64,000 nucleotides of DNA from Auanema rhodensis (Eukaryota > Animalia > Nematoda): positions 16,182,001 to 16,246,000 of the forward strand of contig OZ059894.1 in the NCBI GenBank assembly GCA_964057225.1, read 5' to 3'. Both the position numbers and the translations under genes were made by a program. Positions 41,994-55,100 of this stretch are shown piece after piece. The notes beneath the pieces were generated by a model. The model had not been told where the DNA came from, did no database searches, and was given only the letters and a program-made list of their open reading frames with translations. How positions within the stretch are numbered: position 1 is the stretch's first letter; the number at the start of each line of letters is the position of its first letter.

Positions 41994-44012
41994 ATGGGGA
42001 GAAAACACGATAAGCATGAAAAAGCCCGAGCAAAGGACAAGAAAGGATCCACGGAACCTAGAACAACTCGCGAAAACACCCCACGACTATGTGGATGTCC
42101 TGTTCCTGAGCCAGTCGAGTGCTTCCTAGGTTTGTCACTACTTCTAGGCTGCTCTTATAATTGCCAATATACCAGTCATTATTACAATCAAAGACAAAAA
42201 ACGAAATTATTAAAACAGTATGGAAATTCTATATTCTCACTGGAATATTTAAGGAAGGGAGGCAAATGATGACGATGATGGGGTGATAATGGAATGTTCG
42301 AATGTTCATTGTCCTTATGTGGAAACAAAGATTCATATTAGTTGCTTCAAAGCATTTGAGGATCATCTTGTGAAATTGATGAGCAACATAGGTTCTATAT
42401 TTGTGAGCCTTTCCTTTCATCTTTGCTGAGATTATAGGATCAGCTAGAGGGTGGACTGACGCACAACGTAGATGCAATTTATGGGAGAAAAAAGGACAGT
42501 CTTTAGTTGCCAAGGTGTGTAGGAATTACTTCATTCCTTCTTCGAAATCTTTGATTTTGAAAATTGCTGGTATTATAGGTGTGCAGATGTCGGTGCGGTC
42601 TTGGAACCACTCGTCGAGACGATGAAATATATTATAACCAAACTGTAAATAAACTGACACTTCAGTCATTAGCACCAGATTTTATATATTTAGAAAAGTT
42701 CTAAAGATGAGAATGTACCTGGAACTCCTGTTTCTTCTTCTAAAAAAAAGAACCCAAAGGCCCTGCCTAAACTTAACTTTGGAGTCATGAAGACTACCGG
42801 AAATATAGATGAACCATCTAAGCCGTTCGTTTATATTTCCGAGATTAGTCCAAGGGCATAATTTAGGAAAAGATCAAGTAGAAGACGTGAGATTTCGTCA
42901 TCAACTGTATCTTCCGTGAGCCATATTTACAATTATGATTTTGAGGTGACAAAAAAACTATTGCGAAACATAATTATAATGTTTCGGTTTTAGTATCGTA
43001 GGGAATCTATGACATATGCTACTGACTCTACCGCCATCTCTGGTACTAAATAGTTTTATATCTCACGAATTTGGTGTTTTAGTTGTTTCATTTAACCCTG
43101 GTGATATGGATGATAATCTATCGGTGTGCTCGAGAAGTGAAGTATTCTATGACTCCCAGGTTTATTCGTCTTACTCTTCGCTTATCTGGATGTTCTTTTT
43201 AGGAAATATCTCCATCTCCGGTACCACCGAAGCCAACCAAAACCTATGCTTCGGCTACAAAAACTAGTATTTCCATATCTGATGAACATACTGAGGTAAA
43301 ATTAACATTGAAATCCTTTGAATAAAATATGTTTTTTAGATTTCCTTAGATAGCGGGGTTGAAATGAAGAGTAGTTCAACTACTAGTTCTGAAATCTTTG
43401 ATGATATGCCTAAGGTTGTAGATACATGTATTATTCTTAATTTAAATTGGTTTTAAAGGAATTATTGTCACCAGACGTATGTTATGACACACCTAAACCA
43501 GAAAAAACATGGACTTCGAAAATTAAGCATTTGCCTGAAAGTAAGTTTTTCAGATGAAAGTTTCATAGAACACTTTTATTTAGACATAAGTGCTTTTCTG
43601 GAGTTTGAAACAGGTGTTTCAACTACTTCCACTCCCTTAGTAGCTAAACCTACTTCTAAATTATCTCAAGATGGTAGAGATTTTATTGATATATGCTTTT
43701 GTACTATTAGGTACTATTTCAGTATTGACACAAAGTGTAATTTGCTGCGAGGAACTAACTCATTACTATTCCATACATGAAGAAGGTTTACCTTACGCTA
43801 TGTAGAACATTTATTTACTTTTTCTCATTTTCCAGAAGTCGATCTGTCTCAAATTCCCGAATGGAATTTATTCACTGGAACCAACTTCGGTATTGGAGAA
43901 ACTATCATAGGACTAACTGCTTTACCTGGATTCTATCTTCCTTTGAATGTGAGTATTCATTTAAATTCGTTATTTTATTATTTGTTTTCAGGATGAAATC
44001 AGTGTTCTATAA
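41994..44012 (+). CDS. Headcase (HECA/hdc) family protein
   Basis: Cys-rich headcase N-domain CPVP..C...MECSNVHCP...HISCFKAFEDHLVKLMSNIGSARGWTDAQRRCNLWEKKGQSLVAKVCRCRCGLG, followed by Ser-rich exons. Confidence 0.88.
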
Positions 44013-46487
44013 TAATTGAACTTTAATAAGATAAGGATACTGTATCCAATGTAACTTTCTCTAACTCTTTCTTTTTCTTTTCAAGAGATTTTTGAATGTT
44101 GTTTCACTTTTTCTGAGATTTGTTTCGCCGGAAACTGTGAGCTGGCTTACATGATCTGTTCTAATTATACATACGTACATATATTTTAAATTTATTGCCA
44201 GATGCTCAGATTTTTCTTTTGCCGTTGAAAGTTTTTGAAAGAAATCTGAATGAATACTTTCTAAATAAATTGTACAAATTCTATTGTTTGTTTTTATCGC
44301 ACAGCTTGAGTTATATCTTGTAGTTTATCTATTAGAACAGAAAGTTCAATTGTACATTTTCTGGAAGAGCGCAAGTTGAGTCACGAACGTTAGAGAGAAC
44401 TACGGCACCCCAATAGTTGTGTCTGCAGTCCAACGAGGTCGGTGTTCGATGTCAACGTTGACAGATTGTAAATAATGTTTGTGGCAGAAGGTAACTTGAA
44501 CAATTATATATGAATTGACGTTTCAATATAATTCACTATTTTATCCATGTACGATTTGTGGACTTGTTTTCAACAGTCAGATACGGTTAGTTGGTTATCT
44601 ACTTAAGTCTTCTATCGATCCCATAAATATTTGCGGATTTCATGAAGGTCGACACATATTTCGACTTTTCCTAACCGGCGTCTTCACTCAGTTTTATCGC
44701 TTTACTTCTTTAAACATCGTGCTTCTGTCTTCTAACAAATGTTCTAAATAAGGATTGTTAATGTCCAGTTTGCTCTGTGCAGTGATCTCAGGAAACCCGA
44801 CCGGACTTTTCCATTCATGTGCAATGCAAGATAGTTTTTCCACCACTTATACACTGCTGGCTGTTTGACTTAGCTCGTGAGTATGGTTTCAGTAGAAAAT
44901 CACAATTCATTTAGAAATCTATTCAACGAAAATCGTTTGAACTTTTCATGTCAGCTGAGAGATTTGAATTAATCGTTCTCTTTCCACAATTAAAACAATG
45001 AAAGCCTTTTCCAATTTAAAAACAAAATCATCCCTAATCCAACTCTGATCGAGTTTATAACTAGCCCTGTTATGGCTCAGGTCATTCATTATTCTATAAT
45101 TGCTGTTTCTGAATATAGTACTTACATATTTTATTCTTTTCATGTGTTTCATTTTATACAAATTGTCAATGAACGATTTCACTATTTGATAATGAAAAAG
45201 TTCATATATATGTTTGGATATTCTTTCAAAGGTTTGTAATAAATACTTGAATCTAATTTTGACCTTCCTTCTGATGTCCTGGGCATACTTAAAATCATTG
45301 TAATCCTGTTTCTCATCAGGTTTTGAAGTGTTCCCTACTTTGCTTTAGTTTATATCCATGTGTTGCTAGAAAACATGCTTAGCCGCAATCTTTCTCAATA
45401 TGTTTCATATATCTAATTATTCTTAATATCGTAAGTATATAATATTATGAAAAATGATTAGTAGCATAGTGATAAGATTAGTTTTTTCACACAATCCATA
45501 GCAAAGAACAGTTGTCCTTCGTAGTCAATCCATCAAATTGCTCGTGGATTTTTTTTCCTTTTTTTTCAGGTCACATTGTTTTGAAGGATACTTTTTTTTG
45601 ACTGATATTCTCTCATAAGAAAACGTGAATGCTTTTTCCTGGTTGAATTAAACTATTATTTTATCCGTTTTTGTTTTGTTTGTTTGTATATTATTCATCG
45701 TGCAGAAAATGTAACAACTAATACCAAATCTGTCATGTTGTGTTGCTGATCATTGTTTCTGTTCCCGTTGAATTAGTTATAACTACCGAAAGTAAAATAT
45801 GTTTAAAGTATATGACTCATAGTAAATATAAACCAATAAATTCATACTCATAATGCTATAATCTGAAACTACCTACTAATATCTCTATATAACATAAAGA
45901 CAGTCAGTTTTCACACTCTTATTCTTGCTTGTTTACCGAAAATTCAAATTCTTTACGATTTTCAATATTTGTGCTTCGATAGATGTGTGATGATCGTGTC
46001 ACCGCTTTGCGGTAGTATCCATCAAGATGTCAAATCATAGTTTCCTCTTATTAACTTAAAGCTCATCATATCCTATTTCCTTTTAAAGTCGATTGCGTAA
46101 TGTTTCCCTCTTTGCTTGCTCACAATAAGCAAAGTATTGTTTAATATCAATGTGCGCTTTATAGTCCTATTTTTCATTTTGTGGTCTTCCTATCTAGTCG
46201 TTCTGAAGACTTGGTTTTCTATTTATATCTTATATATAGAAGTGAATACCGGGTTGTCTCGGTTCTTCTGGTGTGGTTGTTCGCTTAATTCACATACTAT
46301 ACCTTAGAAAATCTATATTTTCTCTTTTTGTTCTGTTGACAATTCGTTACGGTTCATTGATCATAAGTTGTGTTGTCGGAGAAACACGCATTTTTCTTTT
46401 ATTCTTTTTAACTGCATTGAATGCACTGTATATCTTAGCTTCTCTCGATAGCACTTTCGAAGGTATAACCTTATATACTGGCACAAT

Positions 46488-48354
46488 ATGGAGCTTGAAC
46501 AAAAATTATCTGCATCTCCACAGGTATGACTCATCACTTCTCGTGGTTGTCATCAGTTGTTGCATTCTAGGAATTTATCACGACTACACCTAAAGTTTTG
46601 GGTCCTTTTGCTACTCTCTGTAGATATTCTGGGTTGGATTTGACCCAATGTGGAATTAGAAAGCGAACTGCTTGGCCTTTAAGTGCTATTAGAATTGCAA
46701 TTGCTGCTATTATTATTATTTCTTTCATCATCAAGTTGGTAACTGCAGCTATGAATAAAGATGCTGTGAGTTTTTTTTATCAGTCCTTGATTTAAAGTGA
46801 AAGAGGACATTTTCAGCCATTAACTGTGAAGTGGGGAGAATCAATATCCAACACTGGAATATATGGCTTTTCCGTCTGTGCAGCTGTCAGTCTCCTAATT
46901 TGGACACGGTCTGGCTTCATACAGTCATTTGAGGATCAATTGGGACGTTTAAAATCGTTGAGAGTTAGTACTCACTTTATATATTATTTCGATTTCTCTG
47001 GTTAAGGTGCAGCGAGATGACACAGTTGATAACTATCGCAAAGAATTTATTAAGATGGCTGCATTTGGAATTGTAATAATGTTAAGCTTTTCATTAACCT
47101 CAGTTAAGCATATCCTTTATGATGTTATCACACCAGAGGAATCACTATTTAATAAGTAAATACATAAATTCAGCTAGTTTCGTAGTTTGTAATCTTTCAG
47201 CTATACTTTCAACCAAACTACCATGTTTGGATTTGAACCTGTTGTGACCTTTTATATGGGAGTAATTAACTTTGTTGTTTTAACTATCTATTGTCTCGTA
47301 CATGTTAATTTATTACGGGAAATAACATATTTTAACGAAGAGTTACAAAAAAGCTCAAGAGCTCAGCAACTTTCGGTTTGCATAGCCTTAACCGCTCATC
47401 TCCAATTATAATATTTACTTCAGATTCCCGATGTATTTATTGCTTATGGTAAGCGACATCTTAACATAACATTGCTTGTAAAGCATACAAATATGCATCT
47501 TGGTACCTATCTTTGAACATCTTTTCGATCAAAATAAACTAATTTTAGGAAAATTGGCAAACTTTGGGCCATTCTTATTATGCTTTACAGCTGCCAGCAC
47601 AGTTTTCATTTTCAGCAGGTATTAGTAAAAAGTTTATCTACAATAAAAAATAATATAGGAAATGAAAGTATGAACCGGATTTCACAAAATTAATGATATG
47701 TTTCATTGAACTATATGTTATTTTAAGTTTTTGCGATTAACTGGCTCATTAATGCTATTGTTTTTATACGAGCGTATCAAGAATAACAAACAATATTTAA
47801 TTATAATTTGAAAAAGAGATTCTAATTAAGTTCTAAAGACTAAATTTACTTTTGATTTTAGCTTCATGGATGATATTTCTATTGGTTTTGGAATCGAGAT
47901 TACAGCATTGAATATCTTATCCATGATTATACTTGTGCAATTGCTCGGGGCCCCGGGAAAAATTCAAGAAGCTGTAAGTTCCATTTCTAGTAATTAGAAT
48001 ACTCTCGTTCTCGTAAAACATATATAGTGAGTTCCATTTTCAGATTAATCGCACTATGTGTATACTGTTAGATGATGACACAGTTCCAACTGCAACAGAT
48101 CAACGAGTATGTTACCGATTTCCAAACAGACTGAAACATGTTTTCAGATTATCCATTCATTCCGAATGTTCTCCGAGCGATGCGCAAAATGTACTCCAAT
48201 GAGGACAGTAGCTATAAAAATAGACGAGCATCTCATACATAAGGTTGGACTTTTTTGAAGTTCTTTCTGATAATATGCAAATTTTTAGGTTCTCATTTTT
48301 GTTCCCAATATTGGAACAATGCTAACGTTTCTTCGAAAATTGATACAAAATTAA
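46488..48354 (+). CDS. Nematode gustatory-receptor-like multipass membrane protein
   Basis: About 12 exons with several hydrophobic helices: VLGPFATLCRYSGLD, PLTVKWGES, LLIWTRSGFIQSF...LKSLR, HVNLLREITYFNEEL. Confidence 0.7.
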
Positions 48355-48777
48355 TACTTTTACTGGTTAAAATTTTATTGTTTTTATACAGTAAATAAAT
48401 ATGTTTTATAATCATGAAATATCTGAGCTGCGAGCATTTCCTATAATGAAATACAGGAAAAGACAAATATTTATTATATCTTATAAAAGAACAATTAATA
48501 TACTAAAACGAGCACGCTATCATTTAGATGTGGCGGATAGATGACTGGATTGAAGCGAAAAACATCTTTTTTTTTTTGCAATTTCAAACGATAGCCCGTA
48601 ATAGGCCAATACACAGACAGGACACCGAGCATGGAAACAGAATAAGCTCTAGAATTTCATTTAGAATTTCACATATTAAAATTACATCGGGAACACGTAT
48701 TATAATATGCTGAAGAGCCAATAAATATATATAACTTAGTAAAGTGATAGTATGCATGCGGTCACAAAAGTTGTGAC

Positions 48778-51576
48778 TTATGGTCTTCCAGCTTGTCTTG
48801 GGGATACATTGACACCAGCCAAAGCGGCTACGGCACTTACGCTGCTACCAGCAGATAATCGATCCATTACTTCAGATCCTTCATCAACTTCGGCAGATTG
48901 TTTAATATCAGTAAGAACTCTTTAAGAAAAACAAAGAAATATAAACTCAAAAAATTGCTTCTCACCTGGCAAATCTTACCCATTCTTCACTTCTAATAAC
49001 ATACATACTCTCATGAACATCATAGATGTGCACATTACCTTTAGAATCTCCAACGCAAAGTTGCTGGCCTAGAAACGGAAAATCAAGTAATAAAAGGAAT
49101 TCAAAACTTACCATTTTCAGCCCATTGGACACGTCGCACCTTATCATCTTCTACAACTTTAATTTTAGATACTGGACCTTCGATGTCTTCATTTAAATTC
49201 CATAAGAAAAGCTAAATGAGAAAAAACAATTCGTAAAATGCGAAATAAATTCTACATTTCCTTCAGCATCGACGGTTGTGAAAACAGCAGGATGTACAGG
49301 TGACCACGCAACATCAAATACATAATCTGTGTGAGCTTCAAATGAAAATTTGATCTGAGGATCCTGAAAAAAAAGATTTGAGTGATATGAGAGTGATTTA
49401 GTTACTTTGGTACTCCAAAGCTTAACAGTGAAATCGCAACTAGAAGTAAGGAAAAGGTGAGAAAAATCTATAGCACCAGAAGCTCTGTGGAAAGCGACAC
49501 CAGTAACAGCGGCAAAATGGCCTATAATACGAATTATACTCTGATATAGTTTGTTTTATCACCTGAGAAATCCAAGTACTCCATTGCAGAGGAACTAGCC
49601 CCTCCATGTCTACTAACAGCATGCACTCTTCCGTCTTCACATCCCACAACAAAATTGTTCATCTCTGCGAGTGGAAAAGACATACAAGTCACGGGGAACT
49701 CAAAGACATCTCAAGATTAATAACACAACAGTGTTTGTTGTACCTGTTTTCCCTGTTTATTCACAATTTCTTTGCCGTCTACGGGCTGAGTTAAATTATC
49801 TACATTCCACGTACAGATCCGTCCATCAGATCCCAATGATACCTTGAAAAAGATAAGATATCATGAAATTGAGATCGAAAAAACCAACAAGATTATGGGC
49901 ATTGTGTGAGCCTATCACATTTAGAGCACAAACAGGATGTGTATGTGCGGAAGCGTTCAATGGACTCTGAATTTTGAGAAATATATTACTAATATATAAT
50001 AAAATCGTAAAATCAAACCTTGTTAATAGGAGTTTTCTTGTTAGCAACTCTATTATCCCACATACAAATTTGACCCGAGTAACATCCTGCCATAATCAAG
50101 TTTTGATGAAAACGAGCGAAAGTAACAGATAACAAGCGAGATTGGCAATGAAAAATATATCTGAAATAATAACGTTTTTAAGATATTAATAACATCGAAT
50201 GTACTCGGGAGATTGCGATTTGAATTTAGTATTCCAAATTACAACAACACCGGTTGGATCAGTGGGGGAGTCTAAATTTTGATCATATGAAACAACCAAA
50301 AGCTCAGGATGTTGATCAGCAAAAGCAATTCCGGTAACTTCCCTGAAAAGAAGATCAAAATAATTTGAATGATCCTGTTAATATCAAACCTATTAGCTGT
50401 CCATTTTTTGTCGAAAAATTGTCTAGAAAGTACAAGACGATCGCTGCTTGCTATTACTTCACCTCGATTATCCTTTTCATAATCAATGAAAATACAATCC
50501 TGAACAAACAAATGACGACAACAACTTAATCGATACTTACGTCTTCAGCTAGAGCTCTTTCCACGACTTTAACGGAATAGTTGAAGAATTTCTAAAAAGC
50601 TTATTATGAAAGTTTCAACGTTTATAAAAAAATTACTTGGAAAGACATAGTAGCCATGATTTGAGCTTTTTCTTCTTCGCTTAACTCACGTGGACGTGCA
50701 GGCTCTGTTTCTTCCTTAGCCTGTTCTGTCTAAAGCAAAAAAAAACATAAACTTAATATAATGCACATCTAATACTTCTTCTCTATGCTTATTTGCAAAC
50801 TGGAACTGAAGAATACTGGCAAGATCTTCTGTCATGGGCGACTCTAAGTCATGAGAATGTGTTCGAGCTAAAAAAATAATAATAATAAAAATATATAAAA
50901 CAGATGAACCTCGGAAGCCTCCATCTATATGCATCATGTCATCATCATAGTCAAATTCCTGACTTCCTAAACTGAACTCTCCCATACTTGTCTTTTCGTC
51001 GTCAGTTTGGGTGGTTTTCGAATAGTTTGTCTTGAATTGAAAAAAAATTAACAAAAAATTTCATCGACAAACCGATTCCTTATGGGCGATGGCAATTGTT
51101 TGAACATTTGTAAAATCGAGGGATTGGACCCTTGAACTTGATACAACTTGAGTACTCAAGGGTGAAACATTAGTCTGAAAACAAAAAACATCAAATTATA
51201 AAGATGTTACGAAAATCAAAAAACTTACGGATTGAGTCACACCATTGGCCTTTTCTGGAGTTCTCTCAAGACGAGGAGCTGGATCAACACCTACGCTAGC
51301 TAAAATTTCTTGGAGCTCGGCGGCAGAAGCAGTAACACGACCTAAAAATAGAAAAAAATTAAAATATTTGAAGGAAATTGAAACCATTGGTGGGCAAATT
51401 AGCTGCAGCGAGAATTTTCTCTCGTCTTTCTTCGTCTTGTCTTTGCCTATTAGCTCTTAATTCAGCTAGTCGCTAAAAATGATTGCTACAATCAAGGCAT
51501 AATAGCACTATAAAACCTGTTTCTTGAGTTCCAGCTCTGTTAAACGAGGAGCATTTCTTGTAGGTTCCATCGTCAT
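48778..51576 (-). CDS. dyci-1: Cytoplasmic dynein intermediate chain
   Basis: N-terminal ELELKKQRLAELR coil and NYSKTTQT, then WD40 repeats [20 protein letters not shown] and [21 protein letters not shown], and EEWVRFAR. Confidence 0.95.
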
Positions 51577-52122
51577 TCCTACAGAAAAAACTACCTGAAT
51601 ATATTAACAAATAATTTTGATGACGATGAAAAAAAAGAACGCAAAAAGATTGTTCGATGAAATGAAGTTAGGCAAGAAAAAAAATAAAACAACAATTAAA
51701 ACTAAAATTCTAAAACTAATAGGTATCGACTATTTCCTATATTTAGTGAAGATATTTAAAGTACTATCAAGTACAAGCTACCGGAAAGTATGCTAGTCTG
51801 CTCGCGCCGGCCGTGAATAAATAGACAGCTGTGTCTGCTAACTACCGTACCTTTCTAACCGTGGAGCACGGCGGTCATCATAGATAAGGAAATCTAATTT
51901 AAAGTTTAAAGGAATGATTTAATGACGAAGAACTATTAAATATTTCCAAAAATCTAAATAATACTTCTGTTTTCAACAGTAAATCAATGAAACGATTAAA
52001 TAATAAGTGAAAGATTTTTTATTATGTTCTAAAAAACTGACAACATTCCACATAGAAGATTATGGACAATAAATGTATTTATAAACAATGACCAGTAGAA
52101 GTAATGTGCAATACGTTAAAGC

Positions 52123-55100
52123 CTACTCGTTTTTCTCTTCAAACTTCGGTAAAGAACTTCCTCGAGCCTGAAATTGAAATATATAGATCTTCTTGGAATG
52201 ATTTTTAGATTACGACTGAAGGTACAGCAGTTTTGTCAGATTCTTGAGGAACTATGTTCTCGCTAGCAACAGAAGCAGCTCTACCTCTACCTTTGACTTT
52301 GTGCTAAATAATATATTTAACATATGCTTATAATAGAACAGCTTACACTATGCTGAGCAAGGAATAGTTCTGTCTCATATTCGGTCATTCCAACTGAATT
52401 AGTCTTGGGTATGGAAGAACTTCCTCGAACTCTCTTTTGAGGCTGAAACAAACAAAATTTACCGATTCCAAAATAACTATTAAGCCTTACTGTCTTGCTG
52501 GATTCAGTAACACTCAAGGATCTAGTCAGGGTTGGTACAGCCATATCTGAATACAAGTAATGAATAAAAATATGAGAAATTCAAAATTACCAGTTTTCTT
52601 TTTACGTGAACTTGGTGGTAAAGGTGGTAGAGTATCAGTACTTTCGATATGTAACTAAAAGAATAAAGGAATACTAATCAGTGTAGTGTGAATACCTTGT
52701 CTGTTGTTACAGCATTAGCCTTTCTTCCTCTTTTTGAAGGTGTTTCTGCTGTTGTTGATGCAGCTTTTTTAACTGTGGGAGTTCTTCCTTTTTTTGAAGG
52801 TGTTTCTGATGTTGTTGATGCAGCTTTCTTAACTGTGGGAGTTCTTCCTCTTTTGCTAGGAGTGGGCTCCACCGATGGGCTTTTGGTAGTAGCAGCCTTT
52901 CTTCCTCTCTTATTCGGAGTGGCAGTAGGTGTTTCAGTAGTTGCATTTTTCCTAGTTCTTTTACCAGGAGTTTGATTTACAGGAGAAGGGGTTCGGCTAG
53001 TAATTGAACGCCTTCCCCTTGAATGAGCAATAGAACTTTCAATCTCTAATGTTTCAGAACTGCTTTCCTTTTTAGCGGTAGTTCTGGTTACGCTTCTACT
53101 TCTGCTTCTTCGTAAAGTAGTCTAGAAAGAAAATATAATTAATTTCTTGTATTGATAAATTCAACCGTTATGTTAGCATCAGTTTTATCAGTTGTATCAG
53201 AAGTATCATCCACTTTTTTTAAAGTTATTGGAACACTTGCGCCTCTACGCAGGGAAGATTTCGGCTCCTAATAATATATTTAATTAACATTACATGTTTT
53301 AATCGCTACCTGGATTTCTGTAGGACTTGGAGTTGGAGCAATCTTCTTGGTAGTTCTACCAGAGCTTCTACGGCGAAGATCAGGAGCTAATTTTTATAAG
53401 TTGTGAAGTGAAGCACAAAATAAAATAAAACCTTGATTCTCCTCACTGATTGAATCAGGTATATTGGCTATTCTTGAAGAAATTATTTCGGTATTTATTT
53501 GAATAGGCTCGCTATCGGCCTTTTTCGCAATCCTTGATCGACCTTTTCTTGATGGTGAAGATGGCTCCTTAACAGAAAATATCCTAAAGGAGTTTTTTTA
53601 ACTACCATGACTTACCTTAGATTCAATAGGTTTTAAATTTTTTTGAGCCGTTCTTCCAGAGCTTCGGCGTCTTGCTACGGGATCTGCATAAAAACTATGC
53701 TGAATAGAAAAAAGAGAGTTTCTACCTTCAGGTTCTTCTTCCAATATATCTGAGATAGTAGGAACAGACATAGGCTCTAGGTTCTGAAGTGTTTGGGGTA
53801 CACTCCTACCTCTGCGAGATGGAGACTTTGGCTCCTAAAGTAATATGGTATTCACACTAAGCATCATAATAAACCTTTGATTCAAATTCAATTAAAGTTG
53901 GTTTTACATCGCTTTTCATCGCCAGCCGAGTAGAGCTACGACTTCTTCGTCTAGTACCTTATTTTGAACGCTTAAAATCTAAAATAAAAGAAAAACATAC
54001 TTTGATCCGCTTCTTCAGGAATTGTTTCACACATTGTATTTTTAACTAAAGTTGCAGAAGGATCACAATGAACTGGCTCACTTTCCGCCCTTTTTGGAAG
54101 AACAGTTCTACCTCTTCTAGAAGGAGACTTTGGAACCTAAAATAGCACGTAGACCCATGGTTCTTTAATAGTAAAAATCTACTTTGACTTCCTCCTCCAT
54201 GATAGTTTCTGGGATATCTTTGGATACTGATTTGGTAAATTCATCCTCAGCTTTTTCAACTGTTTTTGGTACACTTCTACCTCTTCTAGAGGGAGACTTT
54301 GGAACCTAAAATAGCATGTATATCAATTGTTCAATAATAGTAAAATCCTACCTTGACTTCCTCCTCCATGATTGTTTCTGGGATATCTTTGGATACTGAT
54401 TTTACAAAATCATCATCAGCTTTTTCAACTGTTTTTGGTACACTTCTACCTCTTCTAGAGGGAGACTTTGGAACCTAAAATAGCATGTATATCAATTGTT
54501 CAATAATAGTAAAATCCTACCTTGACTTCCTCCTCCATGATAGTTTCTGGAATATCTTTGGATACTGATTTGGTAAATTCATCCTCAGCTTTTTCAACTG
54601 TTTTTGGTACACTTCTACCTCTTCTAGAAGGAGACTTTGGAGCCTAAAATAGCACGTAGAGCCAAAGTTGTCTAATAGCAAATAATACCTTGACTTCCTC
54701 CTCCAAGATAGTCTCTGGCAAGTCTTTGGATATGGATTTAATAAAATCAATATCAACATTTTCAACTGTTTTTGGTACACTTCTACCTCTTCTAGAAGGA
54801 GACTGTGGAACCTAAAAAATAAATTATAGCCATATAATTGTACAATAAAGTTATACCTGAGCTGCCAGTTCTGTAGTGCTGTTTTTCCTTACTGATCTAC
54901 CTAAACTCTTTCTCCTGTTAACTGAAAAAAAATAAAATAAATGGCACTCCAAATTTAAAATACTAGTTTCTTTTTCTTCTGGAAGAGTTTCAGGAATATC
55001 GGGTTTCTTCGCACTTGGCTCATATACTGGTACTTCTGAAAAAATATACAATCACAAATGTTTGTACTCATATTGATAATACCAGAATTTGCTCTTTTTC

